The notes below the pieces were generated by a model that saw nothing but the letters and a program-made list of their open reading frames with translations, was not told where the DNA came from and made no database searches. A stretch of DNA of 64,000 nucleotides, taken from an uncultured delta proteobacterium (GTDB lineage: Bacteria > Desulfobacterota > RBG-13-43-22). Shown piece after piece: positions 38,290 through 46,589 of this stretch (position 1 is its first letter; each line of letters begins with the position of its first letter). The position numbers and the translations under genes were made by a program. Location of the stretch: contig CAWJJC010000006.1 of assembly GCA_963843145.1 (NCBI GenBank), positions 64,001 to 128,000 of the forward strand, read 5' to 3'.

Positions 38290-39078
38290 ATGTTTTTGTT
38301 CATCCGTCAGCACCTCCAGGAAGTATTCCGCTACCGCAGCCTGGTCAACAGCCTGATCCTCCGGGAACTAAAGGCCCGCTACCGGGGATCGATCCTGGGA
38401 TTTCTCTGGACCTTCCTCAACCCCCTGCTGCTACTGGGGGTCTATGCCCTGGTTTTCAACGTCTACTTTCGTATCCAGATGGAGCACTACGCCGGTTTCA
38501 TGTTTGCCGGCCTGCTTCCCTGGATCTGGTTTTCCTCCTCCCTGATCGAAGGTACCAACGCCATTACCTCCGGGGGCAGCCTGATCACCAAGGTGCTTTT
38601 TCCGGGGCAGCTCCTGCCCCTGGTCAAGGTCGGTTCCAATCTGATGAATTTCCTCCTGAGCCTGCCGATTCTCTTTATCTTTTTGGGCTTCATGGGCATC
38701 TACCCGAGTTGGGCCCTCTGCTGGTTGCCTTTGGTTCTTCTAATTCATTTTGTTTTCATCGCCGGACTGGTGTTGGGCCTGGCTACATTAAATGTCTTTT
38801 TGCGGGACATCCAGCATATCCTGGCCAACCTCTTGACACTCTGGTTCTTCCTGACCCCGATCCTTTATCCGCTCACCCAGGTGCCGGGGCCTTTCAAAAA
38901 GATCGTGCTGCTTAACCCGGCCGCCCTCTTTACCCTGGCCTACCAGGATATTTTTTTTTACCGGCGCAATCCGGATCCCTGGCACCTGATTCCTTCCCTG
39001 ATCCTGTCGGTCTTCATCTTGGGTTTGGGAATCGCTCTCTTTGAACACTACAAGGAGACCCTGGCGGAAAAGCTATAA
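38290..39078 (+). CDS. wzm: Polysaccharide ABC transporter permease
   Basis: LKARYRGSILGFLW, RDIQH, FFLTPILY. Confidence 0.88.
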   Translation: MFLFIRQHLQEVFRYRSLVNSLILRELKARYRGSILGFLWTFLNPLLLLGVYALVFNVYFRIQMEHYAGFMFAGLLPWIWFSSSLIEGTNAITSGGSLITKVLFPGQLLPLVKVGSNLMNFLLSLPILFIFLGFMGIYPSWALCWLPLVLLIHFVFIAGLVLGLATLNVFLRDIQHILANLLTLWFFLTPILYPLTQVPGPFKKIVLLNPAALFTLAYQDIFFYRRNPDPWHLIPSLILSVFILGLGIALFEHYKETLAEKL

Positions 39079-39082
39079 TCTT

Positions 39083-40339
39083 ATGATGAACTCGGCCATC
39101 ACCATTCAAGGCGTTTCCAAGTCCTTCAAGAAAATCATCCTGCGCGGGAATCATACCACGCTGAAGACCTGGCTGCTCAAACCCTACTCGCTGTTGTCTA
39201 AATCCCACGGCGAACGGCTGGAAGTCTTTTCCGGCTTGGATCTGGAAATTCCTCAAGGGATCAGCCTGGGGGTCATCGGTCGCAACGGATCGGGGAAAAG
39301 CACCCTCTTGAAGCTGCTGGCCGGCATTTACAAGCCCGACGCCGGGACCATCCGGATCAACGGCCGGATCTCGTCGCTGATTGAACTAGGCGCCGGATTC
39401 CACCCCGAGTTCACCGGCCGGGAAAATGTGTTCATCAACGGTGCGGTCTTAGGCTTAAGCCGCAAGGAAATCCAGGCCCGGTTTGAACAAATCGTTCGCT
39501 TCGCCGAACTCGAGTCTTTTATTGACGCCCCGGTCCGGACCTATTCTTCCGGGATGTATATCCGCCTCGGTTTTTCGGTGGCCGTCAATGTGGACCCGGA
39601 CATCCTCCTGGTGGACGAGGTCCTGGCCGTGGGGGATGAATCCTTTTCCCATAAGTGTATCGATAAAATGAGCGCCTTTAAAAAGGCCGGGAAGACCATT
39701 GTCCTGGTCACCCATGATCTGCCTACGGTGGAACGCTTCTGCGAGCTGGCCGTCTGGCTGGATGGGGGCTGCCTGCGGGCCCAGGGCGATCCCCGGCAGG
39801 TAATCGACGCCTACCGGCAGGAGGTGGCCCGCTGGGAAGAGAATCGCTTCCAGGAGGAACGTCCCGAAGAGGCGTGCCTCTCCCCGGCCGGCTTGCTGTC
39901 CAAGAACCGCTGGGGCAATGGAGACCTGGAAATTACCCGCGTCCGGACTTTGGATGACCAAGGGCAGGATCGCCATGTCTTTCAGGAGGGCGAGGATATC
40001 ACCATTGAAATGGAATATCAGTTCCACCGGCCTACCCGCGATGTGGTCTTCGGAATCGGAATATTTAGTGGTGAGGGGACCTGCGGTTACGGTACCAATA
40101 CGGACTCGGATCAAATCGATTTGCCGGAACTGGGGTCCCGGGGGTGCATCGGATTCAAGCTGGAAAAACCCCAGCTCATCGAAGGGACCTACTTCCTGGA
40201 TGTGGCCGCCCATGCCCGGGACGGACACGCTTATGATTATCAAAGTCGCTGTGTTTCCCTGGCCATTCGTTCGTCTTTTAAGGATACGGGGTTTTACCGG
40301 ATCCCCCATCGCTGGATCCTCCCCGGAGGGGATCCTTAG
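39083..40339 (+). CDS. wzt: Polysaccharide ABC transporter ATPase with C-terminal Wzt carbohydrate-binding domain
   Basis: GRNGSGKST, YSSGM, VDEVLAVGD; C-terminal RWGNG... domain. Confidence 0.9.
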   Translation: MMNSAITIQGVSKSFKKIILRGNHTTLKTWLLKPYSLLSKSHGERLEVFSGLDLEIPQGISLGVIGRNGSGKSTLLKLLAGIYKPDAGTIRINGRISSLIELGAGFHPEFTGRENVFINGAVLGLSRKEIQARFEQIVRFAELESFIDAPVRTYSSGMYIRLGFSVAVNVDPDILLVDEVLAVGDESFSHKCIDKMSAFKKAGKTIVLVTHDLPTVERFCELAVWLDGGCLRAQGDPRQVIDAYRQEVARWEENRFQEERPEEACLSPAGLLSKNRWGNGDLEITRVRTLDDQGQDRHVFQEGEDITIEMEYQFHRPTRDVVFGIGIFSGEGTCGYGTNTDSDQIDLPELGSRGCIGFKLEKPQLIEGTYFLDVAAHARDGHAYDYQSRCVSLAIRSSFKDTGFYRIPHRWILPGGDP

Positions 40340-40468
40340 AGTACACCGAGCCCCAGCTTCTAAGGAGTGCCCGCGAAGGATGGTACGAATTGACCTGGCG
40401 GGGACTTTCGCAGGGCCGGGTTCAGACCTACGCTGACGAAAAGACCAGTTACTAAAATGCCTATTGAC

Positions 40469-40541
40469 TTAGCTCGTCATTCCGGACAAGCGAAGCGCGA
40501 TCCGGAATCCAGGGCTGTTGAAGCCCCCAAATGTTCTGGAT
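40469..40541. repeat. REP-like element copy 3 (5' hairpin intact, 3' hairpin replaced)
   Basis: TTAGCTCGTCATTCCGGACAAGCGAAGCGCGATCCGGAATCCAGGGCTGTTGAAGCCCCC...CTGGAT, then unrelated sequence. Confidence 0.85.
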
Positions 40542-40661
40542 AGTGAGTTGTGTCAAATAATGATAATCCTGATGACTAAGACGATATTTCCTAGGATTCG
40601 GATGTCTCCGAAGAATTAAATCAATAAATATTTTAATTAGTAATCGGTAACAGGATAAACC

Positions 40662-41972
40662 ATGACCAGGGAACAGACCGCATCTCCAGCCCCAGCCGTG
40701 AATGTGCAGGAAATTATGGAAGGTATTCGCCAAAAGATCGACGAAAAGAAAAAGAGCGGCGAATACACCGCGGAGGAACTGGAACGGATCGATCGCTATG
40801 TGCTGCAGATCGAGGCCGAGGGCTATAACACTCCGGAAGAGGACCTTCGCCATCACCTGTCCCTGTTCAATTATCTGTTCGACACCCTCCAGGCACCGGA
40901 GTTGAGCTTCCCACCGAAAACGGCTCGGGTGGGATGGTCACCGGTCTGAAAAAGACCTTCCTTCGGATCACGTGAGCCCTACAGGCAGATGATTGCTCAA
41001 GCGGCAGGTGGATTTCAACGCCGAAATAGTGCGGCTGCTGAACCAACTGGTGGGTGATTATCGTTATCGGGTCAACACCTTGGAACAGCAACTTATAAAA
41101 ATGACGGAGGAGCAGCAGGCCCAGCAGAAAGGTGCGGAGGCCTTAAGCCGCCGGCTGGCCGACTTAGTCCAGGAAATTCGGGCCCAAAAAATATCCGTCG
41201 AGGATCTCCTGGCTGGGTTGCGCTCCGGGAAAGGGGCCGGGGGGACGGGCCCGGCCGCACCGGAAGAGGGTGCCGAACGCCTTCGGGCTTTTGAGTATCT
41301 GCTGTTTGAAAACCGACACCGGGGTTCAGAGGCGGAGATCAAGGGCAGACAGCAGCGTCTACCTGCCGTACTTCAAGAATTCCGGGTCGGTACTGGATAT
41401 CGGCTGCGGCCGGGGGGAATTCCTGGAGCTGTTAAAAGGGGCGGGTATCCCGGCCCAGGGGGTGGAATTAAACCCCGAAATGGTTCAGGTGGCGCAACAG
41501 AAAGGGGTAGCGGTCATCCAGGGGGACGGTTTGGAACACTTGCAGACTCTTCCCGAACAGAAATTGGGTGGGATTTTTCTTATCCCAGGTCATAGAACAT
41601 CTGGGGCCTGAAAATTTAAGGGAACTGGTCCGGACGGCCTTCCTCAAATTGGAGTCCGGAGGGGTCCTTCTGGCCGAGACCGTCAATCCCCAATGTCTGA
41701 CGACCTTCAGCGGCGCTTTTTATGTGGACCTTTCCCATCACAATCCCATTCACCCGGAAGCGGCCCGCTTTTTATGGGAATCCGTAGGATTCCGTCAGGT
41801 GAAGATCCTTTATGTCTCTCCTTATCCCCCGGAGATGCGGCTGAAGGAAATGGTCCGCCGGGATGACGAGTCCTATGAAGACGAAACCGCCCGGGTGCTA
41901 AATGAAAACGTTCGGCGGCTGAACGACCTGCTATACGGATACCAGGACTATGCCGTCATCGGAATCAAGTAG
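40662..41972 (+). CDS. Coiled-coil + class I SAM methyltransferase (probable glycan cap/chain terminator), multiple frameshifts in this sequence
   Basis: Pieces in four ORFs: RQVDFN coiled coil, FENRHRGS, VLDIGCGRGEF, QVIEHL, ETVNP, YGYQDYAVIG. Confidence 0.75.
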
Positions 41973-41987
41973 AAAAAGGTTTCCCTG

Positions 41988-44306
41988 ATGAAAATCGCCT
42001 TCATTTGTCCCTGGTACGGCAAAGATATCGCCGGCGGGGCGGAGGCCGAATGCCGCCGGACCGTGGAGAACCTGCATCAGCGGGGCGTCGCCGTCGAAGT
42101 CTGGACCACCTGCCTGCGCGATTTCGAGGGCGACTGGTCCCTGAACCACTACCGGGTCGGCGATTATCAGGTGGAGGGGATCCCGGTTAAACGATTCGCC
42201 GTCAGCCGCCGGAACGGTGAATTATTCGGCCGCCTGAATCAGCAGATCATGAATGGGGAATCGGTCACCAGGGAAGAGGAAAACCTTTTTTTCGAAAACA
42301 TGATCAACAGTCCGGGACTCTGTCAACACATCCAGCGGCACGGTTCGGAGGCCCTGCTGGTCTTTATTCCCTACCTCTTCAGCACCACCTTTTTCGGGTC
42401 CCGGATCCATCCGGACCGGACCTTTATCATCCCCTGCCTGCACGACGAGGGGTATTCCCGGTTGCCCCTGTTGCAAGAATGTTATCACCAGGCCCGGGGG
42501 TTGATATTCCATACCCGGGCCGAAATGGAACTGGGCATCGACCGGTTTCGGTTGCGGGCGGACCAGTGCCATTTATTCGGGGAGGGGATCGATACGGACA
42601 TCACTCCGGAAGCCGAACGCTTCCGGCAGAAATACGCCCTGAAGGACCCTTATGTCCTGTATGCCGGTCGACGAGATTCCGGTAAGAACACCCCGCTGTT
42701 GATGAATTTTTTCGCCCTGTACAAGAAACGATTCCCCTCTCCGCTCCGGCTGGTCCTGATCGGCAATATCCCGGTCCGGATCCCTCTGGAGCGGCGGGAG
42801 GATATCCTGGATTTCGGCTTTGTCCCCCGCCAGGACAAGATCGACGCCTACGGGGGGGCGGCCCTGTTTTGCCAGCCTTCGGTGATGGAGAGTTTCTCCA
42901 TCGTGATTATGGAGGCTTGGCTGTGCGGCACGCCCGTTCTGGTCAACGCCCGCTGCCCGGTCACGGTGGAGCATTGCCTGCAAAGCCAGGGCGGACTGTT
43001 TTTTGAAGACTATCTGGAGTTTGAAGGCTGTCTGCAGGTGATCTGGGAACAGCCGGAACTTACCCAAAACTTAGCCGAGAACGGACGGCGATATGTGTTG
43101 GATCAGTTCCACTGGGATCGGGTATGCGAAAAATTCATCTACCTTTTCCGGCGAACCTGGGAGGAAATCGGAACCTCCCGATCCTTCGCCGCGCAGGAGA
43201 CTTCCATGGCCTTACCGCCCAAATCGAACCCCTCCCGGTGCATTCATCAGCTTCTTCCCGATTTCAGTTACGGAGATGCTATCGGAAACGATGTCCTTGG
43301 CATCCAGAAGGTGCTCCGGTCCTGGGGCTTGGATTCGGAGGTCTATGCGCAACATGTGCATCCCAAACTGGCCGGGGTGGCGCGCCCGGTCTGGGAATAC
43401 CGGGAAGTGAGCGGCTTCAACCGGGTGCTCCTCTTCCATTTCTCCATCGGGTCGGAGGTGTCGGAATTCGTCCGGAGGCTGCCGGACCGCAAGATTCTCA
43501 TCTACCACAACATCACCCCGCCCCATTTTTTTCGGGGCATCAACCCGGAAGTGGAGCGGCGCTGCGCTTTGGGGATCGAGGAGTTGAAGCTCCTGGCCCC
43601 TTATTTTGATTTAGGGTTGGGGGTCTCCGAATATAACCGGCAGGAACTGGAAAAGGCGGGATTCAAGAAAACAGGCGTTTTGCCCATTTTTTTGGACTTT
43701 CAAGACTATTATCTGGCTCCGGACGAAGCGTTAAAAAAAGACCTGACCGATGGCCGGATTAACATTCTCCACGTGGGACGCATCGCCCCGCAGAAAAAAA
43801 TCGAAGACCTGATTCGGGTCTTTTACCTGTTTCAAGCCCGCCACCGGCCGGACAGCCGCCTGATTCTGGTCGGCACCGACAACGGCATGCGCAACTATGG
43901 GCGGGCGCTCAGAAAGATGGCCGAGGAGTTGGGTCTCAAGGAAAAGGTAACCTTCGCCGGGTTCGCCACCTTCCGGGAATTGGTCACCTATTATTCCCAG
44001 GCCCAGGCCTATCTTTGTTTGAGTGAGCACGAGGGCTTCTGCGTCCCCTTGATGGAAAGCATGTTTTTCGGTCTACCGGTGATCGCCTATTTAACCGGCG
44101 GCATCTCCGAGACCCTGGGTGGGGCCGGCATTGGTCTGAAGGAAAAAAACTGGGAAGAGATCGCTGAAACCCTGGCCCTGGTCATCGAGGACCCTGTTTT
44201 CCGGGAAGGAATCATCGCCGGTCAGAAAGAACGTTTGAAGGACCTCAGTCTGGAGGCGAATAGTGCCCGTCTGCGGGTTCTGCTGGAGCCCTTTCTGGGG
44301 AAATAG
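41988..44306 (+). CDS. Tandem two-domain GT4 glycosyltransferase
   Basis: AGGAE, ESFSIVIMEA (E-x7-E), GDAIGN, HEGFCVPLMES. Confidence 0.9.
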   Translation: MKIAFICPWYGKDIAGGAEAECRRTVENLHQRGVAVEVWTTCLRDFEGDWSLNHYRVGDYQVEGIPVKRFAVSRRNGELFGRLNQQIMNGESVTREEENLFFENMINSPGLCQHIQRHGSEALLVFIPYLFSTTFFGSRIHPDRTFIIPCLHDEGYSRLPLLQECYHQARGLIFHTRAEMELGIDRFRLRADQCHLFGEGIDTDITPEAERFRQKYALKDPYVLYAGRRDSGKNTPLLMNFFALYKKRFPSPLRLVLIGNIPVRIPLERREDILDFGFVPRQDKIDAYGGAALFCQPSVMESFSIVIMEAWLCGTPVLVNARCPVTVEHCLQSQGGLFFEDYLEFEGCLQVIWEQPELTQNLAENGRRYVLDQFHWDRVCEKFIYLFRRTWEEIGTSRSFAAQETSMALPPKSNPSRCIHQLLPDFSYGDAIGNDVLGIQKVLRSWGLDSEVYAQHVHPKLAGVARPVWEYREVSGFNRVLLFHFSIGSEVSEFVRRLPDRKILIYHNITPPHFFRGINPEVERRCALGIEELKLLAPYFDLGLGVSEYNRQELEKAGFKKTGVLPIFLDFQDYYLAPDEALKKDLTDGRINILHVGRIAPQKKIEDLIRVFYLFQARHRPDSRLILVGTDNGMRNYGRALRKMAEELGLKEKVTFAGFATFRELVTYYSQAQAYLCLSEHEGFCVPLMESMFFGLPVIAYLTGGISETLGGAGIGLKEKNWEEIAETLALVIEDPVFREGIIAGQKERLKDLSLEANSARLRVLLEPFLGK

Positions 44307-44378
44307 GGGGGGGCGAGATCTATGAATTCGAAGCACGACATTCGAAAAGGTTTTGTTTTGAACATTTGACTATTTCAC

Positions 44379-44843
44379 ATGAAAAAACTTAAGGAACGCT
44401 ATTCCCATCTCGATCTGGCTTATCTCAAGGAAAGCCTGATCACCACCGGGCGCACCGGCAACCAGTTTCTCCGCTTTTCCCTGGTGGGCGCCAGCGGAGT
44501 GGTGGTCAACCTGGCCGTGTACACCCTGGCCATTTATGTTTTCAACCTCCATTACCTCCTGGCCGCGACCCTTTCTTTTTTGGTGGCCATGACCAATAAT
44601 TTTCTCCTGAACCGCTATTGGACCTTTAAGACCCACCAATCGACCACCCAGGGGTTCGGGGGCCAGTACTTCAAATATTTCCTGGTCACCTTATTCGGGT
44701 ATACGGTGAACATGGTCCTCTTATGGGTCTTTATTGACGGTTTTCACTGGGACAAGATTTTTTCTCAATTGGTGGCTATTCTGGTAACTACCCTGAGTAA
44801 TTTTATCGGCAGCAAGATGTGGGCCTTCAAGGCCGGTAATTAA
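44379..44843 (+). CDS. GtrA-family membrane protein
   Basis: QFLRFSLVG, NFLLNRYWTF, NFIGSKMWAF. Confidence 0.9.
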   Translation: MKKLKERYSHLDLAYLKESLITTGRTGNQFLRFSLVGASGVVVNLAVYTLAIYVFNLHYLLAATLSFLVAMTNNFLLNRYWTFKTHQSTTQGFGGQYFKYFLVTLFGYTVNMVLLWVFIDGFHWDKIFSQLVAILVTTLSNFIGSKMWAFKAGN

Positions 44844-44886
44844 TAATTAATAATCAATAATCAATTGTTAATTATTAATTGTTAAC
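44838..44886. repeat. AT-rich heptamer palindromic array D
   Basis: AATTAATAATTAATAATCAATAATCAATTGTTAATTATTAATTGTTAA; contains the gtrA-like stop codon. Confidence 0.85.
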
Positions 44887-44887
44887 C

Positions 44888-45214
44888 CTATCGCCAGTGG
44901 CCCGGCCTCCAGCCCCAACCCCGAGGACCGGTATGATGCCAGTAGCCCGGCGCCCAGACTGCGCCATATCGGGGGGGCCGTTCCCAGTACCCTCGGTTCC
45001 AGGCCCAGCCGCGGCCGCTATAACCCCAATAACCTCCAAGCCAGACCGCTCCGGGATAGGGAATCGCCGGAACGACTTCCACCATGGGTTCCGGCGGGGG
45101 ACCCGGGGCGTAGATCCCGTCCATGGGTGGCGGTCCGGGTACGTAAGCCAGGCAGCCGGCCAGGGCTACGGCGGCGAATAGCGAGAACATCAAAAACAAA
45201 AGATCCTTTTTCAT
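44888..45214 (-). CDS. YXWGXW-repeat proline-rich lipoprotein
   Basis: Lipobox LAGC; repeated WLGGYW, WNRGYW, WAPGYW, WRPGHW. Confidence 0.85.
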   Translation of the reverse strand: MKKDLLFLMFSLFAAVALAGCLAYVPGPPPMDGIYAPGPPPEPMVEVVPAIPYPGAVWLGGYWGYSGRGWAWNRGYWERPPRYGAVWAPGYWHHTGPRGWGWRPGHWR

Positions 45215-45925
45215 ATTAATCCTCCTTTTTTTGTTAGACCACCCTAAGCCTGGATAAGTTAAAAAACAGAATATTACGACTTCCTGCCGTCATATTTTTT
45301 CCCCATTTGACCGACGGCTTTTTTAATTATCTCGACCTACCGATCCGGTTCAATCAACTCTTAGCGATCTACCGACCTGGTCTCCAGGCCCTTTGGGCTG
45401 AATGCCGGGCTGCCCAGTCCATCAACTCAACCACCACTTCAGAGACCTCATCCTTGATGACCCGAACCATCGGTTGAAGGTTTTTTTCAAAATCATAATC
45501 CGTTCAAAAATAAGCCCTAGCAAATGGAATTTGGGGCCAGAAAAGAATTGATCCCGGGTTTGAGTTTTAAGATGACAAACTAATCTGATCCCTTCTTTTT
45601 TCGACTTTCCACCATTCATACCGCTACCTTTTTACTCGCCACACCGTGTTATCGGATTCCCTAATAATTAGGTATGGCCCGCCCATCATTACTGGAATAA
45701 CTTCCATAGATACTCTTCCATAAACAGCGGCGAAAAAGAGAAGGCCCCCCCTGCTTTAAATATTGACCCCTTTCTAAAAGATTGGAGAATCCCTTTTCCG
45801 TTATTCCCGTGCGAAGAGGAATCCAGGTTTTTCAGGCAGTTCCAACTTCTCAGGGTCGCATTCGCGAGGGAAGGACGTCTTCTGTTGAACTGGATCTGGC
45901 AGGCCAGATCCAGTTCTCAGGGCAC

Positions 45926-45941
45926 TGGCATGCGTCTTGCT
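45926..45941 (+). promoter_or_regulatory. Putative sigma-54 (-24/-12) promoter
   Basis: TGGCATGCGTCTTGCT fits GG-N10-GC; a 14-bp inverted repeat lies at 45887-45916. Confidence 0.6.
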
Positions 45942-46021
45942 GTATTAATTAGGTGCGGGTTCCCGAGTTAGTCCATTAAGCTGAAAGAAATTTAAATCTT
46001 CCCGCTTGTAGGAGGTGAGAA

Positions 46022-46186
46022 ATGGTTTCATTTTTTCTGGGAATGTTTTTCGGCGTATTTTTCGGAGTATTCTTTTTCGCTTTATTGCAGGCGTCAAGGA
46101 TAAAGGGGGCGGTACCAAGGGTAACCGGAAGCACTATGCCTCCCGACCAAGGCTTCGAGAGGGTGTCAAGTAAACTCGCTTTTTAA
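46022..46186 (+). CDS. Small single-TM protein (54 aa, DUF3789-like), absent from ORF track
   Basis: AGGAGG RBS; MVSFFLGMFFGVFFGVFFFALLQASR... Confidence 0.6.
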   Translation: MVSFFLGMFFGVFFGVFFFALLQASRIKGAVPRVTGSTMPPDQGFERVSSKLAF

Positions 46187-46498
46187 AGCAAGTCGGGTTC
46201 AACCTCAACCCAAATCCTCCCCGCATTTTTAGAAGGGTCCTTTTCGTAATAGTTTAATCTTCAAGACTTTGGTACTGCGTAGTAGTAGGTGAACGTAGAT
46301 CGTCGGGGGTGAAGAGGCCTTTTCCCCAAGGATATCATCAACTTCTTCCTGAAGTCCTCAATTTGTCATCTTGAATAAAACGGAAGAGTGCAAACGCTAT
46401 TCAATGAAAATAATTTAAGAAGTTTTGTTTTTATGGTAATAAAGAGATAGAAGCTCTTAAAAAATTAACCAGGTTTTCATCTTAGCAACCTTACTATC

Positions 46499-46558
46499 AA
46501 GGGAGTGTAGATGGCAGAAAATTAGACCCCATTTCTCAGGAGAGAGATGGGGTTTTTT
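46499..46558 (+). promoter_or_regulatory. Leader: RBS, mini-ORF (MAEN-stop) and intrinsic terminator upstream of the HD-GYP gene
   Basis: AAGGGAG-TGTAG-ATG GCA GAA AAT TAG-ACCCCATTTCTC-AGGA-GAGAGATGGGGT-TTTTT. Confidence 0.65.
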
Positions 46559-46589
46559 ATTGTGAATGCCTCAACCGGAGATTTCTATA

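Noticed and set aside
40973-40975. TGA as selenocysteine in the methyltransferase
   Set aside because: It lies among several frameshifts at a non-catalytic position, and I see no SECIS-like hairpin. An indel error is more likely.
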